From the IMG/VR virus record IMGVR_UViG_3300033996_001430, positions 1 through 64,000 of that record: DNA of 64,000 bases; one strand, given 5' to 3'. Shown piece by piece: positions 39,256 to 47,751 of the stretch. A model generated the notes under the pieces. It saw only the letters and a list, made by a program, of their open reading frames with translations. It ran no database searches and was not told the origin of the DNA. This stretch comes from a virus. A program made the translations under genes and the position numbers. Every line of letters starts with the position of its first letter. Position 1 is the stretch's first letter.

Positions 39256-39984
39256 TTATTTTTTAATTTTTAATACTTCCTTTTTATAGTATTCATCAAA
39301 TCCATCTAAGTAATTTGTAATACTCTTACTTTTATCAACTCCAATAACTTCATCTATTAACCCAAACTCCATTGCCTCATCTGAGTTATACCATCTGTCT
39401 CTTTCAGAGAAGTCCAACACCTCTTGGAATGTTTTTCCACAATTCTCAGCCAAAATTTTAAATAAGATGTAATTGTATTTTTCACCTTCCATCTGATCAA
39501 TACGTGTGTCTTGAATGTTTCCTTGTGTACCATGACTTACTTGGTGAGTCATTACTTTAGAATGAATTAAAGATGATCTTTTACCTTTGGTACCTGAAGA
39601 AAGTAAAACAGATCCCATTGATGCACACATACCTAAATTAGTTGTGACAATATCAGAACTAACATAGTTCATAAGGTCAACAATACCAAGACCACACATC
39701 ACAGATCCTCCAGGACTATTAAGATACAACGTAATGTCTTTCTTCTCCACAGAATCCAAAAACAATAATTGAGCTTGTACAATATCAGACATATTTTGAT
39801 TTACAGGTCCTGATAACCATAATATACGATCACGCATCAACCTTGAGAAGATATCAATTTGAGTCGCACGTAACTCTCTTTCCTCCAAAATGTATGGTGT
39901 TAATGACGCTTCAAACTGATCTAATGCCATTGAACTAATCCCTTCGCTTTTTGCAAAACTTCTAAACTCTTTTCCGTAATTCAT
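39256..39984 (-). CDS. clpP: ATP-dependent Clp protease proteolytic subunit
   Basis: DIFSRLMRDRI, YLNSPGGSV, GMCASMG (Ser), MTHQ (His), ERD...EAMEFGLIDEV. Confidence 0.92.
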   Translation of the reverse strand: MNYGKEFRSFAKSEGISSMALDQFEASLTPYILEERELRATQIDIFSRLMRDRILWLSGPVNQNMSDIVQAQLLFLDSVEKKDITLYLNSPGGSVMCGLGIVDLMNYVSSDIVTTNLGMCASMGSVLLSSGTKGKRSSLIHSKVMTHQVSHGTQGNIQDTRIDQMEGEKYNYILFKILAENCGKTFQEVLDFSERDRWYNSDEAMEFGLIDEVIGVDKSKSITNYLDGFDEYYKKEVLKIKK

Positions 39985-39988
39985 AATA

Positions 39989-40621
39989 TTATAATTTATT
40001 TTCTGTGTTTTTTATTTCGTAATAATAGTTGTTTGAATCTTCAGATACCCATTTATCCGATTGAGCTTCCACTGACTCAATGTGTGTATCAACTTTTAAA
40101 CTTGATGGTTCTATTGGGAATGGTTTGGTCACCCAATTTGAATCTTTCCAATATATTCTGTTGTTAGGTTGACAAAGTAGATAACCATCATCCGCAATTA
40201 GTATATGCCCACACTTATAATCAGATGGTTCATCAGAATATGGATTTCTATACCAGTCTACTGTCATAAGATAAGTAGCCCAAACTTTTGACCCGTCTTT
40301 TAATGCGACCTGACATCTTTTTTCATAAAGATAATCATAGGTAATAACACTTACATTTTCAGAGAAACAATCCCATAATTGTTTAAAATCAAATGGAATA
40401 TCATTTTTAGGTATTTCCATAAAAATTTCAGATATTGGGACTCTTGATCTTAACATTCCATAATCAGTCATAACATGAAATGTTAATATTTTACCCGCCA
40501 ATGATTGAACTGCAAATGCATAAGCTTTGTGATAATCGTCCTTATCTTCTTCTTTTTTTGTGAAGTGTGATGCTCTCACATAACACTTAAATAATTCAAT
40601 GTTTTCGTTTAATTTTGACAT
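39989..40621 (-). CDS. Conserved phage hypothetical protein
   Basis: RVPIS...QLWDCFS...YLMTVDW...QPNNRI. Confidence 0.7.
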   Translation of the reverse strand: MSKLNENIELFKCYVRASHFTKKEEDKDDYHKAYAFAVQSLAGKILTFHVMTDYGMLRSRVPISEIFMEIPKNDIPFDFKQLWDCFSENVSVITYDYLYEKRCQVALKDGSKVWATYLMTVDWYRNPYSDEPSDYKCGHILIADDGYLLCQPNNRIYWKDSNWVTKPFPIEPSSLKVDTHIESVEAQSDKWVSEDSNNYYYEIKNTENKL

Positions 40622-40622
40622 T

Positions 40623-41039
40623 TTAATTTTTTTTAATCCATTTATTTTCTGAGTCCAGTTCAAACTCCCCAACAAACTCTTGTCTCCATTCAGTTGGTCT
40701 TATTAATGATAAGAAATATTCCCCATTATTTCTACGGTATAGGTAATATTTTTCCCCAACAACAGGTTGGAAATTGTAATTTGATGAGTAAACCATTCTA
40801 TTCCACTCAAACTCATCAACCAATTTATTATACTCTTCCTTTATCTCATCATACCTTTTATTGAAGTAATGATTGGTTTTAAGGATCTTTTCATTTTTCC
40901 AAGTTGATACATTATCAGGAATTATGACCGGAGACCCAACATTTGTTGCATATGGAAGAAGATGGGCATAATAACCCTTCTCCTCACTCCATACTGCATT
41001 ATCGGGGTATTTATTTTCTTTTGGCATATCGTAAGACAT
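40623..41039 (-). CDS. DUF2452-like protein
   Basis: LPYATNVGSP...FQPVVGEKYYLY...LSLIRPTEW. Confidence 0.6.
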   Translation of the reverse strand: MSYDMPKENKYPDNAVWSEEKGYYAHLLPYATNVGSPVIIPDNVSTWKNEKILKTNHYFNKRYDEIKEEYNKLVDEFEWNRMVYSSNYNFQPVVGEKYYLYRRNNGEYFLSLIRPTEWRQEFVGEFELDSENKWIKKN

Positions 41040-41093
41040 TACACTTGGTAAATCAGAATACTGACACCATAAATCATCAGTGTGTACCTAAAA

Positions 41094-42146
41094 TTAATTT
41101 GATAACGGGAAATATATTTTTGGGTGTGATTGATAATTTTCTAAAACAATATCATCCAAAGTATATTCTGAAATATCATTTACTGCCCTTTCAGATAATC
41201 TAACATTCGGTAATGGATATGACTCCCTTGTTAATTGTTCTTTAACACCATCTATATGATTTAAGTAGATATGACAATCACCTAAACTACAAATAACCTC
41301 ATCAGGAACCATATTGACTTGTTTTGCCAACATCATAAGTAACAAAGAATATGAGCTGACGTTATACGGCCATCCAAGTGCCGAATCGACACTGCGTTGG
41401 ACCCACATTAAAGAGATTGCTCTGGTTGGGATATTATGTTTATCCATATATTCCATTGTTTTAGGTTCTTTGTAATGAACTGACACCCAGTTATCTAATT
41501 TTTTCATCAACTCATATCTTTCCTCCAAACTCAACTCTCTTGTATAACATTGAAATCCATAATGACAAGGTGGAAGCACCATCGTGTCCAGTTCTCCAAT
41601 ATTATAAGCATTAACCATCAATCGTCTTGAGTCTGGGTTTGTTTTAAGGTCACGGATTAGGTTTGCGATTTGGTCAATTCCGTACTCAATCCTTCTTACA
41701 CCTGCCTCTTTACTCTTATCTTCAACTACATCCCAACCTGTATGCCAACTTCTCCATTGCTTACCATACACAGGACCTAAATCACCCCACTTTCTAGCAA
41801 ACTCATCATCTGTTTTGATATGTTCAATAAAATCTTCTTTACTCTTTGGCCATCTTACTTCATCACTATCAACATATCTCTTATAAGCATCACCATCCCA
41901 AATATGACAATCATTATCAACAAGGTATTTGATGTTGGTATCACCTCTTAAAAACCATAGTAATTCAGTTACCATAGTTTTCCAAGCCATCTTCTTGGTT
42001 GTAAGAAGTGGAAATCCATCTTTCATATTATGACGAATCTGTCTACCGAATACAGATAATGTTCCTCCGTTTCTAGTTTCTTTTTTTACTCCGTTATCAA
42101 GAATGTCTTGAAGGAGTGATTGGTATGATTTATCTAGGTTGTTCAT
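41094..42146 (-). CDS. thyA: Thymidylate synthase
   Basis: FPLLTTKK, ELLWFLRG, LGPVYGKQWR, SRR, LPPCH, QRSVD, GDCHIY.NH. Confidence 0.95.
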   Translation of the reverse strand: MNNLDKSYQSLLQDILDNGVKKETRNGGTLSVFGRQIRHNMKDGFPLLTTKKMAWKTMVTELLWFLRGDTNIKYLVDNDCHIWDGDAYKRYVDSDEVRWPKSKEDFIEHIKTDDEFARKWGDLGPVYGKQWRSWHTGWDVVEDKSKEAGVRRIEYGIDQIANLIRDLKTNPDSRRLMVNAYNIGELDTMVLPPCHYGFQCYTRELSLEERYELMKKLDNWVSVHYKEPKTMEYMDKHNIPTRAISLMWVQRSVDSALGWPYNVSSYSLLLMMLAKQVNMVPDEVICSLGDCHIYLNHIDGVKEQLTRESYPLPNVRLSERAVNDISEYTLDDIVLENYQSHPKIYFPLSN

Positions 42147-42168
42147 ATTTTTCTATTGTTTATCTAAT

Positions 42169-42483
42169 TTATTCACAACTTTCGGTATTAAATTCAGTTT
42201 CGTCAGGAGTTTCCTCAATCATAGGTTGGTTTTCTAATCTCTCAATTACTATGTTAATTGCTTCAGGATAATGAGTATATCCCTGTCCGAAATTAATTCC
42301 CGTTAGTCCCAATACCTCATTGTTAATGTAATGTCGGTTTTTACCCTTACCTTTTAAAATCTCGTGGTCCATTGAAACATCGTTCCAATCTCTCAATACA
42401 AGTCCAGTACCACTAGGTTCCTTGTAATGTAACCTAATGATATTGTTATGACTAAAGTTCTTAATAAATTCTCCTAGTGTCAT
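42169..42483 (-). CDS. Hypothetical protein
   Basis: ORF track. Confidence 0.6.
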   Translation of the reverse strand: MTLGEFIKNFSHNNIIRLHYKEPSGTGLVLRDWNDVSMDHEILKGKGKNRHYINNEVLGLTGINFGQGYTHYPEAINIVIERLENQPMIEETPDETEFNTESCE

Positions 42484-42497
42484 ATTATTTTATTTAT

Positions 42498-42740
42498 TTA
42501 ATTGATGTCTTCCAATCCATCAATTTTATCTCTCAATGTGTTGATCGTTGAATGGACATATTCATCAAGTTCATGAGATACCTCCAAATACTTTCTTCTC
42601 AGTTCGTGGAACTTTTCATCCTGAACTTCTTTGAATGATGAGTAATGTTTGAAACAATAGTGGAAACCTTCATTCTCCATTCTATAACGAACCATTTCAA
42701 TTTCCTCTAATTGATTTTCTAATCTTTCTAAATCACTCAT
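42498..42740 (-). CDS. Hypothetical protein
   Basis: EGFHYCFKHYSSFKEV.DEKFH. Confidence 0.65.
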   Translation of the reverse strand: MSDLERLENQLEEIEMVRYRMENEGFHYCFKHYSSFKEVQDEKFHELRRKYLEVSHELDEYVHSTINTLRDKIDGLEDIN

Positions 42741-42831
42741 TTCTTTAAAAATATATTTAATATAGATTGTTTTACCACATTAAGATAGTACAAACAGACA
42801 AACAAATAAATCTTTATCTTCTTCATTTGTT

Positions 42832-43242
42832 TTATACGGTGTGTTCTATATGAACTCTCACACAATTCTGAGGCATTCTATTCAAGTGTCTGTAATTGTT
42901 GATGTATCCCATCATATTACCGCTACCTACGGCATTTGCAGAGTGGATCACAACTTCTACTACAGGTTTACCATCCAACCATTGGTTAACCAACCATTTG
43001 GTGCAATCCATACCAGTTTTCTCAGTGATGTTATCGTAATTGATTATGTAGTTTTTCACAACACCGTAGTGCCATTCCGCCATCGCACTATCACCTAAGT
43101 CGTGATCCAACGATATTAATTCAATATTCTCCAACCCAATTGAGTTGATCTTTTGAACGAACTCATCATAAGAACGTACAACGATCCAACTTGGATCCAC
43201 TGGCGTTCTTACATCATCTAAATAAATTCTAACTTTGTCCAT
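42832..43242 (-). CDS. Cyclic-phosphate-processing receiver-domain-like protein
   Basis: IYLDDVRTP, SLDHDLG, KTGMDC..WL, HSAN.VG. Confidence 0.7.
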   Translation of the reverse strand: MDKVRIYLDDVRTPVDPSWIVVRSYDEFVQKINSIGLENIELISLDHDLGDSAMAEWHYGVVKNYIINYDNITEKTGMDCTKWLVNQWLDGKPVVEVVIHSANAVGSGNMMGYINNYRHLNRMPQNCVRVHIEHTV

Positions 43243-43257
43243 ATTACAAATATACTT

Positions 43258-43560
43258 TTATTTTTTTATTAAACCTAATTCTAACCGATATTCTTTAATC
43301 TTAACTCTTGCTTCCTGATATTGATCACCATTATTGGCTTGATGACCTTTTGAAACCGCAAGAGTAATTTCCATTTCATTATCAATAATGTAAGATATTT
43401 TTTCCTGATCCGTTAGTTCACATGGTGTTATTTCATTCTTAATATAAGTTAAGATCAATTGTTTAATGTTAAGAACCTGTTTGTTAGGGTTGGTTTTACC
43501 ATTATAACTCATAACAGAAGAATCGTAGATATACTTACATAGTTGTTGTAGTTTATCCAT
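43258..43560 (-). CDS. Hypothetical protein
   Basis: ORF track. Confidence 0.6.
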   Translation of the reverse strand: MDKLQQLCKYIYDSSVMSYNGKTNPNKQVLNIKQLILTYIKNEITPCELTDQEKISYIIDNEMEITLAVSKGHQANNGDQYQEARVKIKEYRLELGLIKK

Positions 43561-43565
43561 TTCAA

Positions 43566-43826
43566 TTATATTAACTCAAATTCTTTATTTACCAATTCTA
43601 TTTCTTTATTCAATCTTTCAAGTTCTTTGGATATCATTTCTATGATAATCTCCTTGTTATTAAAACTTACATCACCTTTTACCATAAACGGTCCAGGATT
43701 CGTAAACTCAATTTTTACCCCCAACCCACAACCTTTAAGAGCACCTTCTAGTTTGTATTTTTGTCTTTCCAATCTATCAAGATTTTCTTTGATTATTTTT
43801 GCCTGTTCAAATTTTTCTATTTCCAT
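43566..43826 (-). CDS. Hypothetical coiled-coil protein
   Basis: ORF track. Confidence 0.6.
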   Translation of the reverse strand: MEIEKFEQAKIIKENLDRLERQKYKLEGALKGCGLGVKIEFTNPGPFMVKGDVSFNNKEIIIEMISKELERLNKEIELVNKEFELI

Positions 43827-43946
43827 TTTTATATTTTTTACGTAAGTATTCTTCCCAAACTTCTTGTTTTATTCCGTTCACAAAAAACCAACCAAGATTT
43901 AATTCAAACCATTTATTAATCCGATAAAAAGTTTTTTTGATCATAT

Positions 43947-44333
43947 TTAAAAATTTCTTAATTTTTGATAATCTTCTTTGGTTAAAACAATTTCATTTAA
44001 ATCTGAGTTTAAACCTCTAATGGTTTTCCAAGCTTCCTTAACTCTACCCCACAAAGATTTATTCCCATAAGTTTTATAAAACGTTATGTAATAATCGGTA
44101 TCATCATTGAACTTGTCAACAGACATACAGGTACAATTGTCAACACATTTAACAATTACTTCAGATCTTTCATTGTTTTCAACTTTCATCCTATTAATGT
44201 TGTCATTAATTTCCTTTAATTCAATTTCATCCAATATGACTTTTAATCTGATCATGTAGTCATAGGTAGGTTTTTCACCGTATATGTTAATAAGACGATT
44301 GTAAATAAATTGTAAGTGTTCTCTTTTTATCAT
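43947..44333 (-). CDS. Hypothetical protein
   Basis: Starts 3 nt downstream of the repeat-array ORF stop. Confidence 0.6.
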   Translation of the reverse strand: MIKREHLQFIYNRLINIYGEKPTYDYMIRLKVILDEIELKEINDNINRMKVENNERSEVIVKCVDNCTCMSVDKFNDDTDYYITFYKTYGNKSLWGRVKEAWKTIRGLNSDLNEIVLTKEDYQKLRNF

Positions 44334-44336
44334 TTT

Positions 44337-46235
44337 TTATTTCTTTAAATTAATTACACCATTTTCAATAACATCATTAACCATTGATTTTTGCATATAT
44401 TCTGTCCCTAAAGTGTGTTTCACTCCATTTTGGATAATATCATTAAACCTTTCATCACCATCTAACCAATCACCATCTTCAGTGTGTTTCACCCCATTTT
44501 GAATGGTATCTTTAACAGTGTTTTCTCGTGAAAGTTTAAGATCTATGGTGTTTTTCACCCCATTTTGGATTATTTCTTCAACTTGCCAATCAATATATTG
44601 TGTCATTGGGGAAATATTTCTCACCCCATTTTGAATGGTATCTTCAACTCCTGATTGAATCGATTCAGGCAAAAACAGGGTGTTTTTCACCCCATTTTGA
44701 ATGGTATCTTCAACAAGCTTCTTATTTTCAAAAATCTTTGGACTGGTGTTTTTCACCCCATTTTTAATAGCATCTTCAACTTTATTATATTGTGCCCACC
44801 CAATCTCGATGTGTTTCACCCCATTTTGAATGGTATCTTCAACCGCACAATCATTAAAGATGTCACCAATAACGGTGTGTTTAACTCCATTTTGAATGGT
44901 GTCTTTAACAACGCTGCTTCGTCGTAGACAAATATCCCCGATCTCTTTAACCCCATTTTGAATGGTATCTTCAACTGAAGTGACTGTCAGTTTTGACAAT
45001 GGAAAGGCGTACTTCACCCCATTTTGAATGGTATTTTCAACGCTTTTGGGACAATCTGTACTTGAACGATTGGTGCGTTTCACCCCATTTTGAATGGTAT
45101 CTTCAACTGCCAATGGTCTAACCCCTTTATGTAATTCAGTTTCCTTCACCCCATTTTGAATGGTATCTTTAACTCTCAACTTGTTCTTTTGTCCATTTTG
45201 GATGGTTTCTTTCACCCCATTTTGAATGATATCTTCAACATCATATTTACAGTTTCCAACAGAACTGGAGATGTATTTTATCCCATTTTGAATGGCATCT
45301 TCAACCTCAAACGAATCTTCTTCCTCTATCATTCGGGTGTATTTCACCCCATTTTGAATAATATCTCCAACCAGTTCCGGATGAAGATGACCAACCGTAG
45401 ATGTGCGTTTCACCCCATTTTGAATGGTGTCTTCAACTCTTTGGTGTTTCTTCCTGAAGTTCCTTCTGGTGCGTTTCACCCCATTTTGAATGGTGTCTTC
45501 AACTATCTGATGCAATGGATGATGATTTACCTTGATGTGTTTCACCCCATTTTGAATGGTATCTTCAACTCGTGTTGCGTTCTCTTTCCCTATATCTGAG
45601 GTGAGTTTCACCCCATTTTGAATGGTATCTTCAACTGAATCGGGTTGTTCAGAATAGTAAGTAGAGGTGTATCTAACCCCATTTTGAATGGTGTCTTCAA
45701 CTATAATGCTCAATGGTTCCAACGTACGATTGGTGTGTTTTACCCCATTTTGAATGGTATCTTCAACTACACTATTAATACGGATAATCGCTTTATTGGT
45801 GTGTTTCACCCCATTTTGAATGGTATCTTCAACACCCATGCACATCCACGGATTACTTTCTTCGGTGTGTTTCACCCCATTTTGAATGGTATCTTCAACT
45901 CTTTTCTCAGCATTAGCATTTGTTATGCTGGTGTGTCTCACCCCATTTTGAATGGTATCTTCAACCACCTCAGGTTTAAGAAATCTTGACTCAAACCATT
46001 CGGTTATATATTCTTGATTTTCCATAAGATCTAAAGATATTCCCTTAAATAAAGATTTAAATAAATTGTAGTTATACCACAATGTTTTTTCTTTAGTAAA
46101 TTCAACCATCCATTTTAATTCTTCGGTATTAATTAACCAAAAAGATCCATTATGGTTGTATATGTCCATGCCATTTGTGACATCATTAATGATCTCAAAT
46201 AAACATTCTTTTCTTTTTATTTTTTTATAATCCAT
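44337..46235 (-). CDS. 632-aa protein: ~90-aa N-terminal domain plus 25 x VEDTIQNGVK(H/R/N/E/Y)T repeats with unique ~10-aa inserts
   Basis: Uninterrupted ORF across the whole array; same strand as neighbours and tightly packed with them. Confidence 0.8.
   Translation of the reverse strand: MDYKKIKRKECLFEIINDVTNGMDIYNHNGSFWLINTEELKWMVEFTKEKTLWYNYNLFKSLFKGISLDLMENQEYITEWFESRFLKPEVVEDTIQNGVRHTSITNANAEKRVEDTIQNGVKHTEESNPWMCMGVEDTIQNGVKHTNKAIIRINSVVEDTIQNGVKHTNRTLEPLSIIVEDTIQNGVRYTSTYYSEQPDSVEDTIQNGVKLTSDIGKENATRVEDTIQNGVKHIKVNHHPLHQIVEDTIQNGVKRTRRNFRKKHQRVEDTIQNGVKRTSTVGHLHPELVGDIIQNGVKYTRMIEEEDSFEVEDAIQNGIKYISSSVGNCKYDVEDIIQNGVKETIQNGQKNKLRVKDTIQNGVKETELHKGVRPLAVEDTIQNGVKRTNRSSTDCPKSVENTIQNGVKYAFPLSKLTVTSVEDTIQNGVKEIGDICLRRSSVVKDTIQNGVKHTVIGDIFNDCAVEDTIQNGVKHIEIGWAQYNKVEDAIKNGVKNTSPKIFENKKLVEDTIQNGVKNTLFLPESIQSGVEDTIQNGVRNISPMTQYIDWQVEEIIQNGVKNTIDLKLSRENTVKDTIQNGVKHTEDGDWLDGDERFNDIIQNGVKHTLGTEYMQKSMVNDVIENGVINLKK
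44346..45965. CRISPR. CRISPR-like array: 25 x 36-nt repeat and 24 unique spacers (22 of 30 nt, one of 27, one of 33), inside a CDS
   Basis: + consensus GGTGTGTTTCACCCCATTTTGAATGGTATCTTCAAC (e.g. 45864-45899); 66-nt period; internal CCATT/AATGG hairpin; degenerate toward 44346; no cas genes in window. Confidence 0.6.
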
Positions 46236-46292
46236 TTTCTAATGTATTTGGGTAATATAAAACTTATTTATATTTCTTAAAGATACTAAAAA

Positions 46293-47036
46293 TTATTTGT
46301 ATTTCCAAATAAAACCTTGTGACTTTTTATATCCTTTCCTTAAACAATTATTTATTGCTTTGTAAGATAATTCTAATTCTTTTGAAGCAATTAAAGCATT
46401 CGTCCATTCTTTAATAAATTCATTGTCTAATGAAAATTGTAAAACAGGTTTAGATTTAGCGTGAGGTAATCCGGTTCGTTCTAAATATCTTTTATAATTA
46501 TTATTTTTACCCTTTGCGGATTCACTCATTTTAGTTTTTGTTTCGGAGGTCTTTAATTTACCCTTCCAAAATTCACTCATCTTCTTTTTTGTTTCATCGG
46601 TAATTTTTTTACCAAGAGCTGATTGACTCATTTTCTTTTTTGACTCTTCATTATGTTTCCTACCGTACCAAAATGGTTTTAATGTCCCATTCAAAACTAA
46701 CTCATCATCTTTTGGTACTCTATAAACTTTACCATTTTCACCCATATATTGTCCCAAACCAACAGTTTTAAAACCAACATCAGGAATATGGGCATTCCTG
46801 TTTAATTTATCGGAAATATGTTCAATGATTAACTCTCGTTCATATCTAATACAATCTTCTCTATTAATAAAATCACATTTAATAATAGTTTTAATTAATT
46901 TTTTTTTATCTGTTTTCCAAGACCTCATAGACCCCATATAATAAACATCTTTAGTTGGTTCAACTTTAGATGTTCTACTACCAAAATAAAATTCTTTTGT
47001 TTTCGGTAATTCTAATTTATAAACATAATGATACAT
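46293..47036 (-). CDS. GIY-YIG-like homing endonuclease with NUMOD3/NUMOD1 motifs
   Basis: HYVYK...FYFGSR..YMGS; HNEESKKKMSQS repeats; KPVLQFSLDNEFIKEW...GFIWKY. Confidence 0.8.
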   Translation of the reverse strand: MYHYVYKLELPKTKEFYFGSRTSKVEPTKDVYYMGSMRSWKTDKKKLIKTIIKCDFINREDCIRYERELIIEHISDKLNRNAHIPDVGFKTVGLGQYMGENGKVYRVPKDDELVLNGTLKPFWYGRKHNEESKKKMSQSALGKKITDETKKKMSEFWKGKLKTSETKTKMSESAKGKNNNYKRYLERTGLPHAKSKPVLQFSLDNEFIKEWTNALIASKELELSYKAINNCLRKGYKKSQGFIWKYK

Positions 47037-47086
47037 ATCTTATAAATATATTACGACATCCAAAAGAAAAATTTAAATGTTATAAA

Positions 47087-47686
47087 TTATAATGATTTAG
47101 GATAATATAATAATGTTGGGTTTTTTTTTACAATATCTATATCAGGATATACATTACTAAACTGCAAGACATCAAATCTATCGGTAATCAAATGATATCC
47201 GTTTTTGGTAGGGATTTCACTTATGATTTTATCTTTCCCAAAAGGAGCACAACTGTCAATTGCAAGTTTAACCTTTAATAACTCTTTGTTGTCCTTACTA
47301 TCAACATCAACAATCCACCTCTTCTCGTTGGTCTTTATTTGTCCAACAACTGAGTCAAACAAACCTTTCTGAATGTGTTGTCCGTTTTTAATTCTTTCAG
47401 CCAAGGACATCATCATCTCCAATGAAACATCCTTATGGTTTTGTTTCTGAACGTGAATGTATGCACGAGCCTTAAACATCTCACAAAGTTGTTTAATCTC
47501 ATCATATCGTTTCTCCAAGTATTCAATAGAATCAACACAATAAGTTTTGATGGTACGAACTGATTGGTGGTTGTCTCTCTCACCTTCAGGTTGATCTTTC
47601 TTACGTTTGAATACATACAACATATAGAAATCACCATCGTCAGTGAAGTTAAGTAATGGTTTTATAAGTTCAATATTGTTAATCAT
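47087..47686 (-). CDS. Conserved phage protein with AEP/primase-like motifs
   Basis: WIVDVD and PTKNGYHLI. Confidence 0.5.
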   Translation of the reverse strand: MINNIELIKPLLNFTDDGDFYMLYVFKRKKDQPEGERDNHQSVRTIKTYCVDSIEYLEKRYDEIKQLCEMFKARAYIHVQKQNHKDVSLEMMMSLAERIKNGQHIQKGLFDSVVGQIKTNEKRWIVDVDSKDNKELLKVKLAIDSCAPFGKDKIISEIPTKNGYHLITDRFDVLQFSNVYPDIDIVKKNPTLLYYPKSL

Positions 47687-47751
47687 GTTTGTATTTCTAT
47701 AAATAATATTTTACAAATATACAAATATTATCAGTACCAATCTAATTTATT

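Noticed and set aside
41094-42146. thyA as a base-modifying dCMP hydroxymethylase, or as intron/intein-split
   Set aside because: The dUMP-specifying Asn (PYN) is retained and the ORF is continuous; insertions are short.
44655-45989. + strand ORFs (44655, 45156, 45645) with FHPILNGIFN repeats
   Set aside because: Codon-aligned antisense shadows of the repeat; interrupted by stops, unlike the - strand ORF.
44337-46235. Diversity-generating retroelement as the source of variability
   Set aside because: No reverse transcriptase or template/variable repeat pair in the window, and the spacers differ at all bases, not just adenines.
43947-47686. Possible cas genes flanking the array
   Set aside because: Neighbours are a GIY-YIG/NUMOD endonuclease and short hypotheticals; no Cas1, Cas2, Cas9 or Cas13-sized ORF or motifs recognised.
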